Assembly: GCF_011745625.1 (NCBI RefSeq)
Contig: NW_027191493.1
Location: 124,001 to 162,234, forward strand
Length of the DNA stretch: 38,234 bases
Reading direction: 5' to 3'
Origin: Cladosporium halotolerans
Taxonomy: Eukaryota
In this document: positions 11,924 through 21,697 of the stretch, in pieces
Layout of the letters: the number at the start of each line of letters is the position of its first letter
Position numbering within the stretch: the first letter of the stretch is position 1
Position numbers and translations under genes: made by a program
The notes under the pieces: generated by a model
Databases searched by the model: none
What the model saw: only the letters and a program-made list of their open reading frames with translations
Told to the model about the DNA's origin: nothing

Positions 11924-13325
11924 ATGCTGCCCGCGAGAACAAATCGCAGGACGGTGGTCACGGCGGCTGTGAGCGTGTTCTTGGTCTTCCTTCTCGGCTC
12001 ACAGCTTCACCTGCTGGACCCCTGGGCGGCAAATCCGCATGCATACCTTACGACCAGCTTCACAGAAGGCTCCGCACATCTTCCGTGCCACGGCCTCCCG
12101 GGCGCGAATGATACTCTTGTCATCCTGAAGACTGGTGCTGGCGAAATAGAAGACAAGCTTCCAATTCACCTTGAGACGACTTTCCGGTGCTATCCCAATT
12201 TCATAATCTTCTCTGACTGGGCGGAGACTTTCCGCGGCAATGTTGTCTTCGATGCTCTTGAGGATGTCGGCTCCGATCTCAAAGAGACACATGAAGATTT
12301 CGATCTTTACCGGAGACTGCAGCGCGGCGGACGAGCAGCGCTCGCGCCTTCAGAGCTGAGCGGACAGCTGAGCCGACCGCCAGGTGCTGGTGGCAAGCCA
12401 TCCAATGCTGGCTGGAACTTGGACAAGTACAAATTCCTGCCAATGGTGCGACGGACCCTAGAAGAGCACCCTGCGAAGAAGTGGTATCTTTTCATAGAAA
12501 CTGACACGTACATTCTCTGGAACACTCTTCTCGCGTACATATCAGCTCTGGACGCCACGAAGCCGTACTATGTCGGTGGCCAGACTTGGATTGGGGATGT
12601 TTTATTCGCACACGGCGGTACTGGCTTCATTGTCTCTCGGCCTGCACTGGAGATGGTCGTTAAGGAATATATCGAACACAAGTCCGAATGGGAGACTTTC
12701 ACGAAAAACCACTGGGCTGGTGACTGTGTTCTTGGCAAAGCTTTCAAGGACTCTGGTGTACCACTTACAGAGGCTTGGCCCATTTGGCAAGGAGATGACA
12801 TTGGTAACATGAACTATGATCGCGTAGACAATGGCGTAAGAAGGCAATGGTGTGCTCCAACGGCAGCGTACCACCACATCAGCCCGCCTGTCGTTAGGGA
12901 CTTGTGGGAGTTCGAGCAGCAGTGGACTTCTAAGAAGAGCAAGGTAAGTTCGATCTGCAAAGAGATTCTCTTTGGGTGGCGCGAAGACTGATCTCAAATC
13001 GCAGGATGAGGCACAGTTCTTGCGACACAGAGATGTATTCGGCGAGTACATTCTCCCTCGTACACTCCAGGAGCGAACCGACTGGGACAACCACAGCGAC
13101 AAGGAGCTTTCTGCTTCTTCCTCACCGGATGATTGCCGCGCGCTATGCGAGCAGGACAAGTCTTGCTTACAATGGGCGGTCTCTCCCGACAGTAAATGTT
13201 TGTCCACTTCTCGTCCAAATTTGGGAGAATCTTCGGAAGGGACTCACTCAGGCTGGATCAGCAAGCGCATGTGGGAGTTTTATGATACAGGTCCTCATTG
13301 TGATGGAGCGCAGTGGATTGTTTGA
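11924..13325 (+). CDS. Glycosyltransferase family 31 (Fringe-like) with C-terminal PAN/apple-like Cys module; exons 11924-12943 and 13005-13325
   Basis: Type II anchor VVTAAVSVFLVFLLG; motifs LKTG, GWNLDKYKFLPM, KWYLFIETDTY, FAHGGTGFIVS, AGDCVLG and YHH. Intron GTAAGT...ACTGAT...CAG; exon 2 encodes CRALCEQDKSCLQW. Confidence 0.88.
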
Positions 13326-13770
13326 TCTAGGTATGCATTGTTTTGTACGTCTTTGGCGCATTGAGCCCTTCCCTGCATTTCTGTGTGTCTTGACACGCGT
13401 GCCGGGCGAACGATGGAGCGATTTCTGAATCCTTTACACATGTTAAAGGCAAACCACAGTCTCCAAAAGCGACGTGTACAAGTCATAATATCAATGCAGG
13501 TCTTACCCAGAATAGGCCCCACAATGACTCCAACAATGAAAGGAAGTCTGAGATTTAGAGTTAGGTTGCTGCATCGCGTCGGCAAGCTTTCGGCGCGTCC
13601 AACGTAAGCTAGTGCCGAGGCTTGTATCTTTGAGGTAACCTCGGGATGAGCTCGAGATGGGCCCAAGCACATGGAATTCGAGCGATCTGTATCCATTGCG
13701 TCTTGATAGCAGTCCCATACCATCTCTTTATTTTCTCGTTTAAGGTCTATGAGGCTGTGCAAAGAGAATC

Positions 13771-14375
13771 ATGGCACGCATTCCATACCCCTCTACCAAT
13801 GACAAGGACTCTGCCAGCGCCGGCAAGCCTGTCCCTAACATCTTGAAGCTGTTGTCTCACAGTAGCGCGACGGTCAAGCACTGGGGAGCTGTCGGAGGCG
13901 CACAGTTCTCGCAGTTTGCGCTGAGCAAGAAGAACAGAGAGCTCCTCGTCCTCCTCACCACTGCGAAATTTGGATCGACTTACGAATGGACTCATCATGT
14001 TGCGCTGTCCGCGAAAGTGGGCGTCACTGACGAGCAACGCCAGTCACTTGCAGATGCGGGTAAAACTAGCGGATATTTCTCCAGTGTGAAGGCTGGATTC
14101 ACAGACACGGAGATTGTGTTCCTGCAGTTCCTAGAATCAGTCATTGACACGGGCGAAGTCAGCGACGACCTGTTGGCGCAGATGAGGAAAGCCTTCTCAG
14201 ACCGGGAAATCGTTGAGATCATCTCGATGCAGGCATGTTTTGTGAGGTCTGCTTTTTGGCCCGTTCTCCGCTGATCGATTCGCTGCAGGGGTTCTACTAC
14301 ACCTTCTCTAGACTAGATACGGTTCTGAAGGTGGACATGGAGAAGCCTGCGAAACCGAAGTCTTCGCGTCTTTGA
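13771..14375 (+). CDS. Carboxymuconolactone decarboxylase/AhpD-like protein with PTS1 (SRL); exons 13771-14232 and 14289-14375 (GC-AG intron)
   Basis: CMD-like motifs LSKKNRELLVL...STYEWTHH and FSDREIVEII. Splicing CAG|GCATGT...CTGAT...CAG|GGG gives IISMQGFYYTFSRL..., the expected final helix, and ends in SRL*. Confidence 0.82.
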
Positions 14376-15543
14376 GCGATGCCAGAAATCCTTTGTTCTC
14401 CAGACTGACAATTTGCCGAAATCGTCATGGAGGCGCCGAGACCATGAAGAATTCATTACCCAGAATAGAAGAGCGTACTGAAGTCCCCAGTGTCACTGGA
14501 CTTCTACCTCCATGGCCCGCCATTTCACACTTTCCTAGCCCACCGCGGCTGAGAGTATGTCAAGCGAAGCTTCAGAATATGCATGTGCGATGGCAGCTCT
14601 CTTTCATAGCCTTCCCAAAAGCGTGAAAAGCTCCATGCGATCGATTGTCAGCACGAGCAAAATGCTGCTGATGCCCGTGGCGTTGGCCGTTGAGAAAACG
14701 ATGCCGAGGAGAGCTTCGAGCGATGATTTGACGTATGCACGCGATGCTTGATAGCTTGATACCGTGATGAATTGATATCGGCAGCTGGACCCCCCTGTAC
14801 TAGGCCTTCATAACGGTATGAGTGTCGTGTCACCTTTCGGATGTTGTAGTTTTCCGGGTGGCGACTTCCAGGAAGCGGAATGTCAGGCGTTCAACATGAT
14901 TTCATGACCGGCAGGCCTAGCGGGCGCTTGCTGCTGGTATGGCGCCTTACCATATTGAGATGCTCAGATGATGATTTTCGAATTGGAAAGCATTTGAGAC
15001 AAGTGCATCGAATTGTCCGTGACGGTGGCGGACTCACGCGGAAGAGCTTCGGCGTTTGACTCGGCTGGCGTGGCTGGAAAACGCTGCGCAGCGATTACCG
15101 TGGTGGACCACGTAGAACATCGACAGTATTGCCTCACGAGCCTGCCTTCTGACAACCGTCTTACGGCGGCGGTCACCTGCAGTCAGAGGATGTGGAGATT
15201 CGGTTGTATGTATCCGTGTTGGTCGAGCGGCAGCCTTCCAGGCTTTCAGACCGGAGACACAAGTGGCCGCTCAAAGACCTACCGAGGTAGGGCCTAGGAC
15301 TCGTCAAATGGCAGCGTGACATGTCGACAAGGAGATAGGATTCCAGACAACCAGCTGTCGCATATAGAGTTCAGAGTCGCAGGTTGAAGAGGCAGAACGA
15401 CGGTGTTTAGACTTTCTCGCATAGCCGGAGACGAGGCGCACAGAGGCCGGCGATACATGCACCGAAGGCTGGCCCGCCTGCACCGAAGCCGAGAGTCGGC
15501 AGGTGTGCCGAGCCTGCTGCCATGTACAGCCTGAGGTGGCACA

Positions 15544-15575
15544 GGCTCGACTGGCTCAGCTGGCTCAACTGGCTG
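15544..15575 (+). repeat. 9-bp tandem repeat GGCTC(GA/AG/AA)CT, about 3.5 copies, in the LAD upstream region
   Basis: ggctcgact ggctcagct ggctcaact ggctg. Confidence 0.75.
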
Positions 15576-15594
15576 CCCCCTCCACCTCCCGACA

Positions 15595-15712
15595 CCCCCA
15601 CCACGCAGCGCCAGCCCCGCGCCCCACCACCAGCGCCCCGCGACGACGACACGCCCAGTGACGCCGACGCCCTCCTACCCGCCGGATAAATTGGCTTGGG
15701 TGCAACCCCCAG
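15595..15712. promoter_or_regulatory. Putative LAD regulatory elements: several CreA-type SYGGRG sites on the reverse strand and one CGGATAAA (CGGNTAAW, XlnR/AraR-type) at 15683-15690
   Basis: CCCCAC/CCCCGC/CCCCAG cluster plus CGGATAAA about 370 bp upstream of the LAD ATG. Fits known pentose-catabolic gene regulation, but the motifs are short. Confidence 0.45.
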
Positions 15713-15754
15713 CGCGCTGAAGCTTGACCCTCTGCCTCGCCGTCCTGACTGGCG

Positions 15755-15812
15755 CGGAATTGCTGCACGGTGGACTCGCTCGCCGGAATTGATGCACGGT
15801 GGAATCGCTCGC
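15755..15812 (+). repeat. 29-bp tandem duplication (2 copies, 2 mismatches), each copy with CGG-N10-CGG
   Basis: cggaattgctgcacggtggactcgctcgc / cggaattgatgcacggtggaatcgctcgc. Confidence 0.9.
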
Positions 15813-16051
15813 CGCCCAGTCCACAGCAGTAATGCAGTAATGCCTCGGACCGTCCACTGCCAGCGCCCTCTCGCTCGCACGCCGTCCCACGGTTGGCCCG
15901 AGAATGTGGGCATGACGCTCCGCCATCAGGGCCCTGGCGATCATTCTTCTACCGCATCGCGCCCGACTTCTTTTCCACCGACATACACCACTCGTCTTAA
16001 CTCACCTCTCTCCTCCCTCTCCTCGACGCGATACCCCCGCCCGCACACATC

Positions 16052-17247
16052 ATGTCGACCACCACAACCACCACCATTGCGCCTTCAAAGGCCAACATTG
16101 GCGTCTACACCAACCCAGCCCATGACCTCTGGGTTGCCGAGGCCGAGCCCAGCCAGCAGGAGGTTGAGAAGGGCGAGGCTCTGAAGGAGGGCGAGATCAC
16201 AGTCGCGATCAAGAGCACCGGAATCTGCGGGTACGAAAGCACACCTCCAAGCCGCTCTTCCAATCTTCACAAAACAATTCCCCTAACAATTTTCCCAACA
16301 GCTCCGATGTCCACTTCTGGAAACACGGCTCCATCGGCCCCATGATCGTCGAAGACACCCACGTCCTCGGCCACGAGTCCGCCGGCGTCGTCGTCGCCAA
16401 GCACCCCTCCGTCACCTCCCACAACATCGGCGACCGCGTCGCCGTCGAGCCCAACATCATCTGCGGCGAGTGCGAGCCCTGCCTGACCGGCAAGTACAAC
16501 GGCTGCGAGGACGTCGCTTTCCGCTCCACCCCGCCCGTCCCGGGTCTTCTCCGCCGCTATGTCAACCACCCCGCCGTCTGGTGCCACAAGATCGGCGACA
16601 TGAGCTACGAGGACGGCGCCCTGCTCGAGCCGCTCAGCGTTGCACTCGCCGGCATGCAGCGCGCCAACATCACCCTCGGCGACAGCGTACTGGTCTGCGG
16701 CGCTGGCCCGATCGGTCTCGTCACTCTCGCTTGCGTCAAGGCCGCTGGCGCAGAACCCATCGTCATCACAGACATCGACGAGGGCCGCCTGGCCTTCGCG
16801 AAGGAATTCTGCCCCAGCGTCCGCACCCTCAAGGTCGAGTTTGGCGACTCGCCCGAGCAGTTCGCCGAGAAGGTCGTCAAGCTGGCCGACGGCGTCGAGC
16901 CCGCTGTCGCCATGGAGTGCACCGGCGTCGAGTCTTCCATCTCCGGCGCCATCCACGCCGCCAAGTTCGGCGGCAAGGTCTTCGTCATCGGTGTCGGAAG
17001 GCCCGAGATCAAGATCCCGTTCATGCGCTTGAGCACTCGCGAGGTCGACCTGCAGTTCCAGTACCGCTACGCGAACACTTGGCCCAGGGCTATCAGGCTG
17101 TTGAACGGTGGCGTGGTCGATCTGAGCAAGTTGGTGACGCACAGATTCAAGCTTGAGGATGCCATTGAGGCGTTCAAGGTTGCCAGCGATGCGAAACAGG
17201 GTGGCATCAAGGTCATGATCCAGAGCATGGACGAGGGTGAGAAGTGA
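16052..17247 (+). CDS. lad1: L-arabinitol 4-dehydrogenase (Zn-MDR); exons 16052-16230 and 16302-17247
   Basis: [14 protein letters not shown], spliced [17 protein letters not shown], structural Zn motif [21 protein letters not shown] and [29 protein letters not shown]. Strong C-ending codon bias. Confidence 0.92.
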
Positions 17248-17462
17248 GGTGGCTTGTCGCAGCGTGTTTTTATGAAAGAGCTATGATAAATGTTGATTAG
17301 AACCAAGCGAGGCGTTCAAGGCTTGTGGGGCGGAGTGGGAGTCTACCACTGAATGCGGCTTGGATATGGAGGAGCTGGGCTGGTTTGGGCATGATGCAGA
17401 TGAGATACAATGAATAAGAAAAAACAATTTAAAACCAGATTACCTTGTCAGACGTCACTCTT

Positions 17463-19133
17463 CTACTTTGCGGCGAATTCCAAAACACAAACCCAGCCCT
17501 CTCCCTCCCCGCTGCCAACCCCACACTCCCAAACCGGCACGCACCTCACGTTCACCCCATCTCCCACAGCCGTCTCAAACTCCCCTCCAGCCGCAAACTC
17601 AGGCACCCCGGTGACAGTCGCTATCACCGCTTCCCTGAGCTTCCGCCCACTGAACGCTTCCTTGCCGTCCATCGCCGCGAACTTCTCTCTCATCTCGCCA
17701 GAGACGAGCGGGATCTTGACGCCGACCAGCAAGCCGGAGGCGTCGAAGCGGGAGGGCTGGAGCAGCATGAAAGTGCTGTGGGCTGTTTGATGAGCCGATA
17801 GAAGGGTGAGGAGGGAGCGGGTTTCGGGCGTGCAGGTCTTGCTGGTGAGAGTTGGCAGCGTGGCTTTCGCTGCTGAAGAGGGAGCTGGCGGTTCTTCGGC
17901 GCCGTCCAGGTTGGCCCAGTCGATGCTGGGACTGGACGCGGCTTCTGGTGATGGGGTGGCGGGGACGGGTGTGAGGATCTCGATGTCGTCGAGAGTGCAG
18001 GCTTGCCCGCGCGCGAACTCGGCCAGCGCCGCGTACTGGAATTGGTGCGTCAGGTCGGTTTCTACGAGTAGTGTGAGGGACTTTGCGCCCGTTTTGCGGT
18101 CGCAGCCGGAGTGTAGTGTTTGCAGGGTGATTCTGCTTTCGGGCGCGATGGTGCTTTCTGGTGGAGAGATCAGGAGCTTGCTTGTGTGTGAGACACCGTA
18201 GGGTATCGCGAGGTGGGTGCAGTGGCCGGGTGGAAGGGAGGACGCGGAGGACTGAATCACTGGGCAGCCGGAGATGGTGGTGTCGATGAGGGCTAGGGTG
18301 CTGGGGTCTTCTGAGATCAGTAGGTTCGCTGTTGAAGCGGGATGCTGGCCTTCGAGATTGCTCAAAGATGTGCTGCTGCTCGCACTCTCATGTGACACAT
18401 CGCTGGGAAGCTCGTCAAAATATGCTCTGCGGACGCGCTTCTGTACCAGCGGAGTCGCGGCCAGAGCTGTAGTCAGCCGGTCCACTTGGGCGAGGGTCAG
18501 GCTTACTTTGCGCTTGTTCGATCCCCTCTTCGGAGTCGCCATGTCGACCTTTAAAGGCTCTTGGAATGTCAAAGCCTTCAACTTCTCGCTAATCTCACCT
18601 TTGCTATCTGATTCCGCGGCAGGAGTGACTGGTGGAGTGGGCTGCGGACTGGACAGGAAGACCGAATTCTTCGTCGCGTCGATGGGCGAAAAGTAGATAT
18701 CGGTACTGGAGCCGCCAGAGCTTGTCGGTGTATGGGTAGGAGAGTTCTTCTCACGACGGCTGGCGCTCCTAGCAAGGTGGGAAATCGGCGGTGTGATGTA
18801 TTCGAAATACTGGCTCATACGTCCGTTGAGGAACTCAGGCCCCTCTTTCTTGCCGTTTGTCATCCCAGCCTCGGATTCATTGACAGTTGAAGGTATCTTG
18901 AGCTTCAGCTTCGCAGAACACTCACGCTGAGCTCCCTTTTTGGATCTCAATGCGATCTCAGATATTGTTCTCACAGGCAGTGGAGGTAGAGGCCTTTCGG
19001 GCGGCGGGCTGCCATCAAACTTGAGATTGCGCGCTGTATCTGATGTACTGTCAGACTTCGACGTGCTCCCTGAGATCCGCGTGCGGCCCATCAGCTGCGC
19101 CGCAGAGGAGACAGTGTAGTCTGAGGAAACCAT
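17463..19133 (-). CDS. Hypothetical protein: disordered S/P-rich N-terminal half plus a possible degenerate LOV/PAS region and PAS-like C-terminal domain
   Basis: 556-aa ATG-started ORF with coding-like composition. LALIDTTISGCPVIQSS...GHCTHL...VETDLT and TFMLLQP...RCVPV...GWVCVL resemble segments of fungal LOV proteins. Confidence 0.75.
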   Translation of the reverse strand: MVSSDYTVSSAAQLMGRTRISGSTSKSDSTSDTARNLKFDGSPPPERPLPPLPVRTISEIALRSKKGAQRECSAKLKLKIPSTVNESEAGMTNGKKEGPEFLNGRMSQYFEYITPPISHLARSASRREKNSPTHTPTSSGGSSTDIYFSPIDATKNSVFLSSPQPTPPVTPAAESDSKGEISEKLKALTFQEPLKVDMATPKRGSNKRKVSLTLAQVDRLTTALAATPLVQKRVRRAYFDELPSDVSHESASSSTSLSNLEGQHPASTANLLISEDPSTLALIDTTISGCPVIQSSASSLPPGHCTHLAIPYGVSHTSKLLISPPESTIAPESRITLQTLHSGCDRKTGAKSLTLLVETDLTHQFQYAALAEFARGQACTLDDIEILTPVPATPSPEAASSPSIDWANLDGAEEPPAPSSAAKATLPTLTSKTCTPETRSLLTLLSAHQTAHSTFMLLQPSRFDASGLLVGVKIPLVSGEMREKFAAMDGKEAFSGRKLREAVIATVTGVPEFAAGGEFETAVGDGVNVRCVPVWECGVGSGEGEGWVCVLEFAAK

Positions 19134-19815
19134 GAGTCCTGTTCGAATAAGTCAAAAAGTAGGGAGTGTTTCGTAAGTCGAAACCGACCAGGGACACCAC
19201 ACCGCCCAGCAGTGTTCAACAAATGTGTCGTGAAAGTGGTGTGGGAGGTCTCAGACCTCGCTAATCGTGCTGCAGCGAAGTTGGGGAATTTTGAGACTTG
19301 CTCACCTGGCGAGGGAGTAGCATTTTGCAAAGATGGTCAGTTTGGACAAAGGGAAGTGTGGTCTTTGAGGACGGAGATTGGACAACGTCATCAGGCGGCG
19401 TCAAGACAATGCAATGTAGCAAGGCTGAAAGAAAGGACAAAGGGATTGCGGAGGGGGACAAGGTGAGGTCGGTTTCTGAGGGTTGCGGGTCGAGTAAAGC
19501 TGGTGTTTGACACGTGATTGGACTTGTATTCGTGTGATCGTTCAAATTTACAGTAAAATCGCCTGTCTGCCATGCTTATTATGCATATCGCGCTTATGTG
19601 TGGTCTGTCGGTTCTCCGTGAACCCGTGCATCGCTTTGTTCCATGTGATCTCATCGACAAGCTGTCGTGAGCGCACTGCGCCGTGATGGAAGAAGTTGAA
19701 TGAATTAGGAGCAGCCAGTTCTTAGGTCCGAGAACACTGTCGTAGCTCGGCTTGCCAAAAGCGACTTTGCCGGCAGTCCAGTGTCAGTGCTTGAGTGGCA
19801 CACTGCCACAGCTGT

Positions 19816-21177
19816 CTAACCGCTGAGAAGGTACTCCACTGCGCCTTGAACGCTGCCGCCGCTGCGTCTCAGGGCCTGGACGTTGCGTTCAAACTCGTAG
19901 AAACCCATGTCGTTGAGCTGTTGTAGTTGTGCCGCATATCTCTCTTCAGGAGGCGTGTTGTCTGGTGCAGCAGCTTGCTCGCCTTGGCCGCCCATGCCAC
20001 CCATGCCACCCATGCCTGCGAATGGGTTGAACCCGGCTTCGCCTGCTCCGCCTGCTCCGCCGCCTCCCATCATCTGCATCATTTGTTGCATCATCTGAGG
20101 ATTCTGCATGAGCTGTTGCGCGGCAGCTTGGAAGGGATTGTTCTGCTGGCCTTGACCTTGCCCCTGCGCACCACCGCCAAATATGCTGGCGAATGGGTTG
20201 GGTGGGGTTTGTTGAGCGCCTTCGGCTCCGGTATTTTGGCCGGGCGTGGTACCCGCACCTGCGCCTGCTCCCAACCCGGCTCCTGCTCCAGCTCCTGCTC
20301 CGGCTCCAGCGCCGGGGAAGAGTGCTGCAAACGGATTCGCACCACCGGCACCGCCGAATGGGTTCGGTGGTGCGTCTGTGCGGCCAGTCTGACCCTCTGA
20401 CGTGTTGTTGCTGTTGTTTTCCGCCGGCGGGGTATTATCTGTCTGTCCTGGCATTGGAAAGCTTCCTGCACCGCCTGCTCCGCCTCCCATCGATCGCTGC
20501 ATCTGCATCTGCATCCTGATCATATCCGGGTTCATCATCATGCGCCTGAGCTCAGGGTTCTCGATCGCAGCACGAGCCATGGGGTTGTCGCGGATCATAG
20601 GATTGTTCCGCAGCATGTCTATCACGGCAGGGTTGTTCATGGCTTCGTTCATCTGCTGGGCGAAATTGGGGTCTTCGAGCATCCGCAACATGTTCTCGGG
20701 GTTCGGCGGAGCACCCATCCCGCCGTCGGCACCAAACATGTCTGCGCCGGGAAGACCATGGAAGCCGGCATAACGTGCGCCGGTCAGCTGTGCCAGAGGG
20801 TTGCCTGCGCCGGTGCCAGCTTGGATGTTCTGAGGCACGTTTCCTGCGGGGCTGCCGCCGGCGCCAGGTGGCACCGCTGAGCCGCCTTGGTTCGCAGGGT
20901 TCTGTCGCTGGTTGCTCTCGGCGCCCTTGACGAGGTGTACTGTGTTTCCTTCCTTGATCTTGCAAGTGCTGAGGGTGTCCGGATCCTTGAGGACACGTCC
21001 GCTGTAGATGAGTCGTTGCCTCTCGGCGGGAATGTTCGCGTAGTCGGAGGTAGACAGCTTCTGCTTGAGGTCGCCCACAGTCATTGAGCGGGGTACTGTG
21101 ACGGCATGTTTCTGGTCGGAGGAGGACTTGACTGTGAAGGTGATTTGCTGGTCGCTGGGTGCGTTCTCGTCGGCCAT
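19816..21177 (-). CDS. DSK2: Ubiquilin / ubiquitin receptor Dsk2 (UBL-STI1-UBA)
   Basis: UBL QRLIYSGRVLKD...TVHLVK, M/N/P-rich STI1 repeats and UBA PPEERYAAQLQQLNDMGFYEFERNVQALRRSGGSVQGAVEYLL. Confidence 0.96.
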   Translation of the reverse strand: MADENAPSDQQITFTVKSSSDQKHAVTVPRSMTVGDLKQKLSTSDYANIPAERQRLIYSGRVLKDPDTLSTCKIKEGNTVHLVKGAESNQRQNPANQGGSAVPPGAGGSPAGNVPQNIQAGTGAGNPLAQLTGARYAGFHGLPGADMFGADGGMGAPPNPENMLRMLEDPNFAQQMNEAMNNPAVIDMLRNNPMIRDNPMARAAIENPELRRMMMNPDMIRMQMQMQRSMGGGAGGAGSFPMPGQTDNTPPAENNSNNTSEGQTGRTDAPPNPFGGAGGANPFAALFPGAGAGAGAGAGAGLGAGAGAGTTPGQNTGAEGAQQTPPNPFASIFGGGAQGQGQGQQNNPFQAAAQQLMQNPQMMQQMMQMMGGGGAGGAGEAGFNPFAGMGGMGGMGGQGEQAAAPDNTPPEERYAAQLQQLNDMGFYEFERNVQALRRSGGSVQGAVEYLLSG

Positions 21178-21697
21178 CTTGGCCTGGTCGATGGTGGTGA
21201 TGTGCGGGTTGTGTGAGTGTGAGAGTGGTTTGCTAGAGCAAGTCGAGGTATAACAGCAGGGAGGGCTCAGCGCAGTGGATGCTGGTGCGTTTCGGTATTA
21301 CAGAGGTGGATGCGAGTGAGGGCAGGGCGGTGGTGGCACACAGAAGCACAGAGAAGGCGGCGGACACATGCGCCTGGCGTGGGACGGACTTGCGGGCGCT
21401 GATGCCGTCACTCGCACCTGGCCAGCAGCCAGCAGCCAGCAGCTCGGCAATGGGGAGCGTGAGCAGCCTGAGGCAGCGAACATCCAACCTCCCCCCTCCG
21501 AGATATCTTATCTTAGCGCTGCATCTGCCCACTCGTACGCCCACCACTGCCGTTGGAGGCGTCTTCAGCCGCAGAAGCGAGCTAAACTAAAAGGCAGCGA
21601 ACACCGACTTTGCAAATGCGTTGTCGGTGGAGCTTTCCATCGCAGAGTAAGTACTCCGTGATGAGTCGTCTCGCACAATTGCGCCCTCGCTGAAGTC

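Noticed and set aside
1965..14375. P450 + cupin + CMD as an aromatic-degradation cluster
   Set aside because: The genes are separated by unrelated ones and no transporter or regulator links them.
14400..15500. Short hydrophobic minus-strand stretch, possibly a membrane-protein relic
   Set aside because: No recognisable family motif; treated as intergenic.
16267..17156. Long alternative-frame and antisense ORFs (291 aa, 228 aa) over LAD
   Set aside because: Expected from extreme GC3 codon bias; no independent protein features.
20250..20312. Gly-Ala hexamer repeats, and 9-bp GGM repeats near 19990, inside DSK2
   Set aside because: Ordinary low-complexity linker coding in ubiquilins.
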